Shown here piece after piece: positions 26,335 through 38,763 of a stretch of 64,000 bases of DNA. This DNA is from Octopus sinensis (Eukaryota), in the NCBI RefSeq assembly GCF_006345805.1, contig NC_042997.1, forward strand, positions 24,056,001-24,120,000. The letters run 5' to 3'. The translations under genes and the position numbers were made by a program. The notes beneath the pieces are model-generated. The model saw only the letters and a list, made by a program, of their open reading frames with translations, searched no databases and was not told the DNA's origin. Each line of letters starts with the position of its first letter. Within the stretch, counting starts at the first letter, position 1.

Positions 26335-26438
26335 ATTTCTTACTGAAGAATCTGAGGGCCTATGGAAGATTGGCTTGATTTAATTAATCAGGTTGTTTAC
26401 CATTAAACAGCAGATGAACGGTGCTTCGTATAAGAAAT
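26335..26438 (+). ncRNA. Type I hammerhead ribozyme, array unit 2
   Basis: Same stem I; CTGAAGA 26343-49; perfect stem II ATCTG/CAGAT; GAAC (one A missing); predicted cleavage after 26430. Confidence 0.75.
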
Positions 26439-26741
26439 TACAGGTAAATGTTTTTTAAATTTTCTCCTGGTTTACGGAATTGATTTTTATTTGCGGTTGA
26501 AGCTTTGGCTGTTATTCTAGTGGGTGAATGGCCTATTATGGCCGTTCCTTGATTGTTGATGTTGAACTTAAAAATGGTCTATGACTATTTAATTTTTCCC
26601 ACTAGGCCGCTGTGGCAAAAAAATTCTACAAAATTTTTTGCCACCTATATGATTAATTATATATTACATATATACCACCACACACACACACCACACATAC
26701 ATATATATATATTATATATATATATATATATATAATATATA

Positions 26742-26778
<37 letters not shown>

Positions 26779-26789
26779 TGATATTTTTT

Positions 26790-27063
26790 ATAATTATGAG
26801 TGTAATTTTAATTAGGGTTCGGCAAAAAAATTTGCCACATACCGAACTTTAGAAATAGCAGCCAAAGAACCTAGCTATTTCTTCTACTGTAAGAAACAAC
26901 TCCCAGACAATATATACTCAAAAACAAATTCACGTAGGCAGAGAGGAAAAACAGCGAAATTCACTTGGTATTTGATTAACTGTGGACGCGTTTCGGAATT
27001 AGATAGATATGAAAAATGCAAGAATTACATTTCCATTTTAATCATTTTCCTCCTCAGCACAGT
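26790..27063 (-). mobile_element. Second (TA)n-targeted HHR-bearing element, tail-to-tail with the array
   Basis: Minus strand downstream of its HHR carries CTTTGGCTGCTATTTCTA and GTGGCAAATTTTTTTGCCGAACCCTA, matching the array's CTTTGGCTGTTATTCTA and GTGGCAAAA...TTTTTTGCCACCCTA. Confidence 0.7.
26979..27063 (-). ncRNA. Canonical type I hammerhead ribozyme with long loop II
   Basis: Minus strand ACTGTG-CTGAGGA-GGAA...TTCC-GAA-ACGCGT-C-CACAGT. 6-bp stem I, intact core, GUC triplet, palindromic stem III. Confidence 0.88.
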
Positions 27064-28142
27064 ATTTTAGGATTTTAAATTTGAGAGCACTGAAAAAGAT
27101 TCAACATACCTATCCGATTCAAATAACATCAGACAAGCTATATCCAATGACCAGTACCAACGAATTCAAAACATACGAATGAGGTTTCCTGGGTGGGTGG
27201 GTGAGGGAGAATACGATGATGATGACGACAACAACGACAACGCGGATGCCACTGCAGCGGCTGATGTTCATGATGACCATGATGATAATGATGATGACGA
27301 TGAAGATGATGACGATGATGCATCCGATGATGATGATGATGAATGACGGTGATGGTTAACCCCGGGACGGCTTGGTAGAGCACGTCAGTGATCAAAGGCG
27401 TTCCAACTACGACCAAAAACTCCAAGATTTTGTGTAACAGTGATTGTACTGTCCAATGTCTCATTTTTTAAGATGGTAGGATGTGAGGTCAAGAAGATTT
27501 GCCTCCTACTTGTATCTCAGTAATTGAACGCATTAGCACATCTCTAATGTTCTGTGAAAGGCTTTTCTTTAATGCACACCCCCGTATGGGTTTTCCTGTG
27601 CGTATCCTCTTCTGGGTTTCATTGTGTGAATACATTTTGTGATCATGTACACTTGTGATCATGTACACTAGCGATCATGTGTTTAATATCTGCTCTGAAT
27701 CTAATTACGCTCAGAGAATATGCGAGTATGAGAGATGCAGAGTGTGTACATGTATGACTGTATACTGGTTTTTGTAGAGTTAGTGTTTGTGCACCATTCC
27801 AGTCTCAAGGTTGTGCATGACTTTATCTCAGAGGTGTAATGTTTTTACTGTGTCTTTTATCTGTTAGCGTTCACGTTCGTATGTGCGAGCTGGTGTGTTT
27901 ATATCACTGTTTGGTTTATAAACAATCTCTTCGGCTTCCATAAAAATAGCTCAATGTATCTATGGAGCTCTACGACTTTTTACGTCATCAAAGCGCAATT
28001 TGTAACAGTTTTCGCTTAGATATAAATATATGTTAAGTATTTTACATTTATTTACTCTTTTTGTATAAAGCGTTACAAGATAGAGAGCTAATGCCTGTGT
28101 GCGTGTGTGTGTATGTGTGTGTGTCAGCGTGGGTGTGCCTGT

Positions 28143-28173
<31 letters not shown>

Positions 28174-28174
28174 A

Positions 28175-28348
28175 GGCGCAGGAGTGGCTGTGTATTAAGA
28201 GCTTGCTTACCAACTACATGGTTCTGGGTTCAGTCCCACTGCGTGGCACCTTGGGCAAGTGTCTTCTACTATAGCCTCGGGCCAACCAAAGCCTTGTGAG
28301 TGCATTTGGTAGACTGAAACTCAAAGAAGCCCGTCGTATATATGTATA

Positions 28349-28416
<68 letters not shown>

Positions 28417-28650
28417 GTATGTATGTATGTTTCTGTACATGTTTGTGTGTCTGTGTTTGTCCCACCAGCATCGCTTGATCAGAGATGCTGCTGTGCTTAC
28501 TTCCCCGTAACTTAACGGTTCGGCAAAAGAGACCGATAGAATAAGTACTAGTCTTACAAAGGATAAGTTCTGGGGTCGAGTTGCTGGGCTAAAGGCGGTG
28601 CTCCAGCATGGTCGCAAACAGATGACTGAAACAAGTAAAAGTGTAAGAGA
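28175..28650 (+). mobile_element. SINE family B, full length with internal (TA)n
   Basis: Head GGCGCAGGAGTGGCTGTGT...GGGTTCAGTCCCACTGCGTGGCACCTTGGGCAAGTGTCTT; tail ...AAAGGCGGTGCTCCAGCATGGTCGC...GACTGAAACAAGTAAAAG. Confidence 0.9.
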
Positions 28651-28984
28651 GTATATATATGTATATATAGTAAGCTAGCTTGTAATGAAACTCATTTTGG
28701 ACTGCAATGACGAATGTGAATACAACATGGCTAAATGCGTTCAAGCATATTTGAGACGATAGGCCGTAGTTTAAAGAAATTTTGTTGCTATTTCTGGCTC
28801 AACCCACCATTATGTAGTGGCTCACATATCAATAGATGTGTACTTTATCCTAAAGCTTTTCGAATTCCCTGTCTCCACTATTTAAAAATTAATATAAATT
28901 TTTGATTTTTCCCTAAATAAATTTTACCACTGCAGACTCAGAATATACTAAACTTTGGTGTCTTCAAGTCTTCTGCACTGGTAG

Positions 28985-29240
28985 GAAAAGCAAAAGCTTG
29001 TCTGATGCGCTCACGTATCCCGCCTAAACTCCCTACATAAAAACCTATTTCATGGCACAATTGATGGAGGGGAAAAGAGAGAGAGAGAAAATCTTGGTCT
29101 GACAACATCAAGGAGTGGATATGTCACAAGACTACAACCCAGCTATGCATGACAAAGAACAGAGAAGCAGAGAACAGAAACCAATGAGGACGACTGACTG
29201 AAAAAGTGTCTAGAGTTGCACACCAGTTAAGTTGCAGCAG
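28985..29240 (+). pseudogene. RTE-clade LINE ORF C-terminal relic
   Basis: HVSRLNSLHKNLFHGTIDGG..[fs]..KSWSDNIKEW resembles the RTE motif GHV.R....K.IL.G..EG.R.RGR.RK.W.DNIKEW. Confidence 0.65.
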
Positions 29241-29867
29241 TTAAGGAAACATACCTAAGTATATAACTACCGATGGGACCCTTACGAGTACAGCCTGTCT
29301 AGGTCAGAGTAGACCTGGGAACAACAGTGGTTGAGTGATTTCACCCTCCCCAAAATCCTGGTCGTGTCAACCATTGTCGAACCACTGACTTTATAATTGA
29401 TTGCACTGAAAAGAAGGCTTACTCAAAAGAAAATGAAACGCAGGAACGTCTTGGTAGCTCGTAACGTTCGCATGATCTTAGTGAGTTTAGGAAGTGGTCT
29501 TACTCTATCACTAGTTGACTTCCGTTGTGTAAGTATACCGTAAGACGCCCGCTGTTTTTGTCCTGCTTACCATTCTTGTTTTTTATTTCTATTTTCTGTT
29601 TCTTGTATTTATATTCGTGTGGCATCCTGTCTTTGTTTCGTATGCATTCGATCCTCTTTCCAAGAAATCTAATGCCTGTGGCTTAGTTTTTCCTTGGGAC
29701 TGGCCAGTTCGGAGTGATATCGAGATTAAACAGCCGAAATTGCTAAGATGATCCGGTTCCGACTTGAAGATTAGAGGCTTCGAGTAACCCGTCTGTTTTT
29801 TTTTTGTGTCGTCTCTTTGTGTGTTTTTGCGTTCTTGTCCCACTTTGTAATTTATATTTTATATTTA

Positions 29868-29937
<70 letters not shown>

Positions 29938-30454
29938 ATTATGTGTATAAATATACACACAAACACCTCCTTGTTATAAAAGTTTAATATGCATAAATGA
30001 GTGTGTGTGTGTGTATGTGTGTAAATACTGGTAAATATTTCCGTTCCATATCTATCATATAAACAACAAATAATTACATCTCAGCCATTGTCCGTGACCA
30101 TCGAAACCTTTGCCGTCTTTATTTATTCTAAGTTAGATAAATTAAACTTTAACAATATGCAAAGAGATTATAATTGCAACAAATTGATATAAGATGCCGG
30201 CAAAGACCATGAATAGGTTTCTCAGTTTCGAAGGAGGAGGAGCAGATTTCAGGAAATAATATGAGTGATAAACATTATAATGGTAAGGAATGTCTTCGAT
30301 AGAGACCGTCAAAAGTTTTCTCACTTCCCACTGTTATTAACATTCTGATACATTTTATCATTACTTGTTTCTGTCATTAAATTTTGGCTATTTTCCAGCA
30401 CCTCATCGAATGGGTTAGTTTAATAATTCTTTTTAATTCTGCTGTATTTTTCTA

Positions 30455-30685
30455 TCGAAATCATTTAAGGTTAAGGCGGCATACACAAACCAGCGTTGGT
30501 TGTCAAGTGATAATGGAAGACAACCATAGACCAATAGTCAAACACATACGACGGGCTTCGGCAACGTATTCTTCAACCAAATTTACTCGTAAGGTATGGG
30601 TCGGTCCGGAGCTATGTAGTAAAAGACAATTGCCCAAAGTGCAGCATAGCTGAACTAGACCAGAAACCATGTGGTTACCAAGAGA
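30455..30685 (-). mobile_element. SINE family B, diverged
   Basis: GACAATTGCCCAAAGTGC...CAGAAACCATGTGGTT; CCAAATTTACTCGTAAGG. Confidence 0.6.
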
Positions 30686-30809
30686 ACGTCTTAAACACAC
30701 AACAAAAAGCTGCTGTCACAGGCGAATGAACGCGAGGTTTACACAGTGACAGAATGAAACAAATTGTCTGCCACTGGGGTACATCCCGACATAATTCAAA
30801 TTCAATACA

Positions 30810-31022
30810 TTGAAATTTTAGCACAAGGCCAGCAATTTCGGGAGACGGGCTGATTAAGACAATTACGTTGATCCCAGTGCTGAGCTTGTACTTACTGTAA
30901 TCGACTCTGAAAACATAAAAGTAAAGTCGACCTCAGCGAAATTTGAACTCAGAACGTAATGACGGACGAATTGCCGCTAAGCATTTTCCCGGCGTGCTGA
31001 TAACTCTGCCAGCTCGCCGCCA
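30810..31022 (-). mobile_element. SINE family A
   Basis: AAAGTCGACCTCAGCGAAATTTGAACTCAGAACGTAATGACGGACGAA...CTGCCAGCTCGCCGCC. Confidence 0.85.
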
Positions 31023-31044
31023 TTAACTTCATTAATATTATTAA

Positions 31045-31442
31045 CTAGCAGTATCGCCCGGCGTTGCTCGGGTTTGTAAGGGAAATAACTATATAAGCAT
31101 TTTTAGAGAGTTATAGCCAAAAAATAGCAAAAAAATGCATTAAAAATGGAAAAAAAATGATGGTAATTTTTTTTTTAAATCGTTGACTCATCGTAGACAT
31201 TTTTAGAGAGTTACTTCCCTTATATAATAGCGAAAAAATGCATTAAAATGGAAAAAAATTATGGTAAATTTTTTTTTAAATCGTAGACTCATCGTAGACG
31301 CGCGCTAATACCCAGAAGGGCTCGATATGAATCACGACTATAAGATACCCGGTTTTGGTTAAACTGCACCGCAAAATGTGGGAGTAGTTAGGAATCTAAA
31401 TCGTAGGAGACGGACACACAACCTCTCTTTTATATATAAAGA
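31045..31442 (-). mobile_element. Non-autonomous Helitron, copy 2 (internal ~100-bp duplication)
   Basis: Minus strand A|TCTTTATATATAAAAG...CCCGAGC-AAC-GCCGGG-CGATACTG-CTAG|T. Confidence 0.9.
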
Positions 31443-31776
31443 TGATGCCAACACGGTATAAATGTCTATCGGTCAACCTGTAAGAAATAATGGTTAATGT
31501 TCCATACCAGTGAATAACAGGGCACTTTGTGTAATATATTCCGCGATGCACATTGCTAACTTAAAAATAGTGAAATCATCATAAGAATGGGATTATTCCA
31601 AAGCAACCTAGGGAGATTATTACTCTTTCAATCTGTCTATCCTTCTGATCTGCGAGAATAGAATCCTTTCTTTAGTTCGCTGGTTTACTAATGAGTTTAA
31701 GAACGTTATCTATAGTGGACCCACTTACATAACTGATATTCATCATTCTGCAGAAAGCAAAGTCAAAACGAAAGAC

Positions 31777-31966
31777 ATCATCATCATCATTGCCATCATC
31801 ATTGTAGGCATCTTGATCAACATCAGCCTTGTCACCATTATCACCATCATCATCATCATCATTACCCTCGTTTACATCATCACATTCACCACCATCACCA
31901 CCACCACCACCACAATCGCCATCATCGTCATCATCGTCATCATCATCATCATCATCATCATCATCG

Positions 31967-32001
<35 letters not shown>

Positions 32002-32053
32002 GTCGTCATCATCATCATCATCATCATCATCAACATCATCATCGTCATCATCG

Positions 32054-32086
<33 letters not shown>

Positions 32087-32120
32087 CCAACACCACCATC
32101 ATTATCAAACCACCATCGAC
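31777..32120 (+). repeat. (CAT)n degenerate microsatellite
   Basis: Direct reading; explains the poly-D/I/S/M ORFs here. Confidence 0.95.
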
Positions 32121-32312
32121 ACATTTATTTTAATTTTGTCATTAACTCTAATCGCTAATGATATTGTCGTTACCCAGCAGCGTTACTTATCGTTATGAAA
32201 ATCGACACCATTAACAACTACAAAAACGAAAGCAGCAACTACAACAACAACAGCAATAATAACAACAACAACAACAACAACAATAATAATAATAATAATA
32301 ATGATGATGATG

Positions 32313-32343
<31 letters not shown>

Positions 32344-32483
32344 ATAATAATAATAATAAAATAATAATGATAATAATAATAATGATACTAATAATGATAT
32401 AATAATAATAATAAAATAATAATATAATAAATAATAATAATAATAAAATAATAATGATAATAATAATAATAATAATAATAATA

Positions 32484-32530
<47 letters not shown>

Positions 32531-32573
32531 TGTAGAAGAAGAAGAAGAAGAAGAAGAAGAAGAAGAAGAAAAA

Positions 32574-32618
<45 letters not shown>

Positions 32619-33135
32619 AAATGCACACACACACACACACACATACACAGACACATATAGAAGTATGTACGTATTACGTGTACCAAAATGCATTTATGCT
32701 ATTCTCTTATTCTTACACAACATAAGTTTTCATGTTGCATGATCTCTGTATCTATACGTTGGACTGCCAATGTCTGAGTCAATTAATATTATATGTGGTG
32801 AAATGATGCATTCGAGGCAGACTGAATCGGCTCATGTCTGCTATGTGTGAGGTCTAGCATGTGACATATTACGTCATTGATCAGAACTAAATCTTCATAT
32901 CAACGACACTTTTTTTTTTCAAGCAAACGTCTCACTCCGGCTGCAGTGATATATGATTCCATATGTAGATATAACTAATACATCAACTAAACGAGTCTAT
33001 GCATATGTACCTACGTGTGCATATATTCATGCTAGTAAGCATGTCATGTATGTATGTAATTTATGAATCTGAGTATATTGAAATCTGTGTATACCGAAAC
33101 GTATATATATAGAGAGAGAGATAGATAGATATACA

Positions 33136-33206
<71 letters not shown>

Positions 33207-33524
33207 ATATATATACATATACATATATATATAATACATATATATACATATATATATGTATATATACATATATATACATATATATACACATATACATATA
33301 TATATATAGATATGTATGTATGTATATATATATATATGTATATATATATACTTATATGTATATATATATAGAGAGAGCGAGAGATATATAGATAAATAGA
33401 TAATACATACATATGAACACATGCATATATATTTATATAATATGTATCATGTATGTGTGCATATAATAGTTATGCATGTACATACACACAAATATATATG
33501 CACGCAAACATACATGTGTACACA

Positions 33525-33685
33525 TGGAGCATCGCCTTTAGTCGAATAAATCAACCCCATGACTTATTCATTGTAAGCCTAATATTTATTCTATCGGTCT
33601 CTTTTGCCGAACTGATAAGTTACGAGGACGCAAACAAACTAGCGTTGGTTGTCAAGCGATGGTAGGGGAACAAACACACACACAC
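33525..33685 (-). mobile_element. SINE family B tail fragment
   Basis: GGAGCATCGCCTTTAGTCGA...CTTATTC...CTATCGGTCTCTTTTGCCGAAC. Confidence 0.75.
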
Positions 33686-33846
33686 ACATATACATGTGTG
33701 TGAATAGGCCATATGATATTTTTGTGAATGTCTCATTTATATCTATATATTGACCAACCATAAAGGGCTAATATTGGTAAAATGAGGCATACTTATCTAC
33801 ATGGCCGAAACGGCTGTAAGATGTAATCTATACTTATATTTATATT

Positions 33847-34241
33847 TACTTATATTTATATTCTCTTTTATATATATTCTACTTATTATACAACATTACT
33901 CTTTTATGTACACTTTTTTATGTACATTCCTTTATGTACACTGATTTGTTCTGCTTTTTATATTTAACCCTACAGTCTCTTATCTGGTGGTTTAATAAAG
34001 TATGTGATTGAGTATTATCTAGTAATTGATATTTGATTTAGATGTATTTCTCCAAATTTCTTATCTTGTATTAGTAATTTGTGGTAAATCATTTTACCTT
34101 TGCCCATATAATACAGTAAATGAATTGATTGCATCGCAATCATTAACATTTATGTATTAACTTTGTTGGGTACTTCACTAGCAGTATATTGGATATATGT
34201 TATCCCATGGAGGGTTGCATTTACAACCCCTATCTCAATTT
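33847..34241 (+). mobile_element. (TA)-terminated repeat with 3' hairpin
   Basis: Shares segments with 9601-9872. 3' hairpin GGGTTG-CATTTA-CAACCC, then CTATCTCAATTT and TA repeats. Confidence 0.7.
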
Positions 34242-34515
34242 GTATATATATAACCAAATAAGCAACAGGACAGCAAGAGGTGATGCAGTACAACCGTTTC
34301 AAGCGGCTCCAATTAATTGAACAATGCAATCATTACATTAGTTTAAATGCAGGGTTTTCCTCACCTGCTTAAATAAATATATAGAATTTTTTTAATCAGC
34401 CGGACACATTATAATAATTTTACTCAAATGCTTTAACAGAGCAAGAATAGGGAAAGGGTCCATATTACCACTAATGAAGCTAATAATATACTAGTATATT
34501 CGTAGAATATACTAG

Positions 34516-34814
34516 TATATACATACAATATTAGATATGTACATATATGCATGAGCGTACTTCACGAGTACCTCTATTGCTAAAAGATAGAAGTCAAAAA
34601 GTACTTATGTACCACTGATTAGTCACAAATCTATTACAAACATGATATGACACAACATCAGTGAACAATAATAATGTCTTACCTCTACTGTCTGTAATAG
34701 ACTTGTGACTATTCGGTGGTACAGAAGTATTTTTTGACTACTATTTTTAGCGATATAGGTACTCATGTAGTACCCTTGTGTATATATGTACATATCTTAT
34801 ATTGTATGTATATA
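34516..34814. mobile_element. Fold-back MITE with ~125-bp inverted arms
   Basis: Left arm ATACATACAATATTAGATATGTACATATAT...GAGTACCT...GTACCACTGATTAGTCACAAATCTATTACA is the reverse complement (mostly matching by eye) of 34689-34814; ~46-nt spacer. Confidence 0.85.
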
Positions 34815-34884
34815 TTTTATTAATTTGCCTGTACGGCTGATAATTCGCTTACCACTCCTGAAGGTATTTTAATAATATTTTCTC

Positions 34885-34925
<41 letters not shown>

Positions 34926-35795
34926 TGTATGTATGTGTGCATGAATGTGTATATGTATGTATGTAAGCTTCTACATGTATACGGATGTTTGCTATGTGCT
35001 TTTAATTAAGATTAAGCGACTTTTCACTGAGTAGTCTGATAAAATGCTGAATGCTCCACCCGGAATGAACTTAAGATTGTTGAATAAAAAGCCACACGTT
35101 AAAAACTGTAAGAAAATAATATATCGCCCGAAAACAAAGTACAGAAAATAAATAAGACAATTTCAGTTCAACTGTAATTTCTATCTCCGGTTTTCTCTTT
35201 CTATGTGCATATGTGTATATATACATGTGTGTGCTTGTTTGTGTACATACTCACACACACACACACGCACACATACGGACTCACACACACACACACACAC
35301 ACACAAGCACACATACGGTCTCACACGCAAAAGGTCTCACCATATTGCACTCAACACATTCTTTTCGAGTCAAGATAGATCTTCATAGGTCTTTGTTTCT
35401 TACTCTCTTTCTCGATCTCTCCCTCCCTCCCTCCCTCCCTCTCTCTCTCTTTCTCTCATTGTATCTTACCCACACTCTCTCTCTCTCTCTCTTTCTCGCT
35501 AAATCACGCTTTCCATTGTTATCTAAGTAAATTCATATTTTCTATCTTTAGATCACTTTCCTCTCAATTTCATTTTGGCACTTTAAGCGCGTACAACATA
35601 TACATATAAACGCTTGCAGACATATACACATACACATTTAAATATATGCATTAGCGTGTGTATATGTAATGTGCGTGCCTGCATTATATACATGTATACA
35701 CACACATACATACACACGTACATACATACATACATACAAACATACAAACGTATGTATATGAGTATCTGTATATTTGGTACACGTTATACGTACAT

Positions 35796-36830
35796 ATGAT
35801 GTTCATAGCGGCCCTTTCAGACATGCCTTCAGTTGCTACGATGGCCACTCTTGCTAGCTGTGCAGATGACACAAAAGTCTCCCACACAATACAAAATCCT
35901 GAAAATATTGCGCATCTGCAACAAGAGTTGGACACAATATACAGGTGGGCTGAGGACAACAACATGCAGTTTAATGCAGGTAAGTTCCCGGCCCTGCGCT
36001 ACCGGCACACAAAGGTAAACGACGTACAGACTGGATACACTGGCCCAGGAAGAATTGCAATCCCTGAGTCAAAATCAGTGCGTGACCTGGGCATTGACAT
36101 GAGCAATGATGCATCTTTCCTAGTGCATATTACTAATCTGGTGATAAAATGTAGACGGCTAGCTGGATGGATTCTCCGAACTTTCAGAACAAGAGAGAAG
36201 GAGACACTGATGGTCCTATGGAAAACATTCGTCCTCAGCCGCTTGGACTACTGCTCCCAACTATGGTCATCACACAATATAAAATTAAAAGCAGAACTCG
36301 AAGCAATTCAGAGAAGCTACACAAAGAAAATCGTCTCAATGCAAAATATCAGCAACTGGGAAAGACTAAGGGTATTAAACCTCTTCTCCCTAGAGCGGAG
36401 GCGGGAGAGATATGCCGTGATATACATCTGGAAAATCCTGGAGGGCCTTGTCCCAAACTTTGGCATTCAAAGTTACTCCAACCGCAGAACGGGGCGCCAC
36501 TGCATGGTGCCAAGGATTCCAACATCACCATCAAAATACAGGTCCAGATACTGCAACAGCTTGGGTTTCAGAGGATCACAGCTCTTTAACATCCTCCCTT
36601 AATGCCTGAGAGACTTACATGGTGTGGATGTGGGTTTCTTTAAAACTAAACTGGATCTCTTCTTGTCGGGAGTCCCAGATGAACCTACCTCACGACAGGA
36701 GACGCAGATGCGGGCAGCAGCATCGAACTCCCTTGTTGATCAAGTGCCACGTATCAGAGGTGGATTCACATATTAGTGTAGCTCATTCAGCGGTGGTGCC
36801 CCAGCATGGCCGCGGCTTTCGGGCTGAACA
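35796..36830 (+). mobile_element. CR1/Jockey-group LINE, 5'-truncated (RT C-terminus + 3' tail)
   Basis: ORF 35796-36602: SCADDTKV (YADD-type motif), SVRDLGI, SRLDYCSQLWS, ERLRVLNLFSLERRRERY. The frame continues past the TAA to a TAG at 36774-36776. Tail GGTGGTGCCCCAGCATGGCCGCGGCTTTCGGGCTG at 36792-36826. Confidence 0.9.
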
Positions 36831-37053
36831 TTTTTGAGGATTTAAAGATATATACATATATATATATATATATATATGTGTGTATGTGTGTGTGTGTGTG
36901 TGTGTATGTATATGTATGTATGCATGTATGTATGTATGTATGCATGTATGTATGCATGTATGTATGTATGTATATATATATATATATATTATATATATAT
37001 ATATATATGTGGTGTGTGTGTGTGTATGTGTATATATGTATATGTATATTTAT

Positions 37054-37098
<45 letters not shown>

Positions 37099-37351
37099 GT
37101 ATATATATGTGTATATATGTATATGTGTGTGTGTGTACATTAAAATTTAGATTCAGATGAATATGGTACTTAAGTTAAAGGCACCAGAATTTAGTATGGT
37201 ATTATCCATATAATTCAACCAAATTCTATATTTTTATGTAGCTGAAGATTGCTCTTCAGTTTCAATTGATTTAATGTTTGCATTGTTCAATTAAATGGAG
37301 TCGCATGAAACGATCGTACTGCTTTACCTCTGAATATCCTTGTTGCTTATT

Positions 37352-37485
<134 letters not shown>

Positions 37486-37629
37486 GTATGCATGTATGTA
37501 TGTATATAAATGTACGTATATGTATATATATTCCCACTTCTGCTTGTATCTCTTGGAAGGTCACCGAAGTTTGCTACATAGATAGAATTATGGGAACTTT
37601 AATGAACACGTATTTATATAGCTGTATGT

Positions 37630-37860
37630 ACAGCGAGCTGGCAGAAACGTTATCACGCCGGGCGAAATGCGTAGCCGTATTTCGTCCGCCGCTACGTTCT
37701 GAGTTCAAATTCCGCCGAGGTCGACTTTGCCTTTCATCCTTTCGGGGTCGATAAATTAAGTACCAGTTACACACTGGGGTCGATGTAATCGAGTTAATCT
37801 CTTTGTCCGTCCTTGTTTGTTCCCTCTATGTTTAGCTCCTTGTGGGTAGTAAAGAAATAT
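37630..37860 (+). mobile_element. SINE family A monomer
   Basis: CAGCGAGCTGGCAGAAACG...GAGTTCAAATTCCGCCGAGG...GTGGGTAGTAAAGAAATA. Confidence 0.9.
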
Positions 37861-38380
37861 ATATAGCTATATGTACGGGTGGATTGCTGTGGGAGGTCAG
37901 CAGCATTCACTGAATGTTGCTGAACCATTTCGGCAACCTTTAGCAGCACAAGACAAGTAACATCTGGCCGCGCTCATTCTGGCGTCTCCTTAAAAATTCT
38001 AGAGTACAAGAAATCCCACCCAACACAAGCTGCCATCAGCTCATATTGAGGAGAGAAGAAGAAACGAAATGAAGGGTGGAAAATACAGTTGGGTTAGCAG
38101 AATGAGTGCTAAAATATTTGATGCTGGACATCTTGTCTACTGATTTGGTATTCTTGCCACAGATCTAGCGTGGCAATACTCAGAGCAGGAGGTGATGCCA
38201 TTTCATCAAAGAAGAGATCCGGGAACGTGAGAAGAATAAAGAGACTGAACGTTAAGACGTCGCTCAGACAACATGGAAGGTCAATAAGGTATGAGAGCAT
38301 GGTGCAATGCCGCATTATCTGGACGTTTATCGCGGCCGGTTCCATATCTAAACTGTCTACGATGCCCCTATAATAAATAG

Positions 38381-38763
38381 GAGCACTCCGTCGGTTACGA
38401 CGATGAGGGTCCCAGCTGATACGATCAACGGAACAGCTTGCTCGTGGAATTAACGTGCAAGTGGCTGAGCACTCCACAGACACGTGTACCCTTAACGTAG
38501 TTCTCGAGGAGATTCAGCGTGACACAGAATGTGACAAGGCTGGCCCTTTGAAATACAGGTACAACAGAAACAGGAAGAAAGAGTGAGACAAAGTTGTGGT
38601 GAAAGAGTACAGCAGGGTTCACCACCACCCCCTGCAGGAGCCTCGTGAAGCTTTAGCTGTTTTCGCTCAATAAACACTCACAATGCCCGGTCTGGTAATC
38701 GAAATCGCGATCCTACGATCGCGAGTCCGCTGCCCTAACCACTGGGCCATTGCGCCTCCACAC
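38381..38763 (-). mobile_element. SINE family C (tRNA-derived, ~380 bp)
   Basis: Minus-strand head GGCGCAATGGCCCAGTGGTTAGGGCAGCGGACTCGCGATCGTAGGATCGCGATTTCGATTACC with A/B-box-like motifs. Confidence 0.9.

Larger units (their letters stand above)
25564..26657 (+). repeat. Tandem array of ~480-bp units (2.28 copies), each unit carrying a hammerhead ribozyme; retrozyme-like
   Basis: TGAATGGCCTATTATGGCCGTTCC recurs at 25564, 26044 and 26525. Units differ mainly by 1-bp indels. The array ends in (TA)n. Confidence 0.95.

Noticed and set aside
25700-26383. Repeated 62-67-aa ORFs in the array as proteins
   Set aside because: Short, frame changes between units, no recognisable domain.
25564-26657. 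Array or SINE multimers as CRISPR-like repeats
   Set aside because: Units are fully repeated with no unique spacers, in a eukaryotic context with no cas genes.
33745-33825. Hammerhead at GGCC-GAAAC-GGCT-GTA
   Set aside because: No CUGANGA upstream in the required position.
37870-38365. Possible LINE relic upstream of SINE C
   Set aside because: Composition suggests decayed coding sequence, but no diagnostic motif was found.
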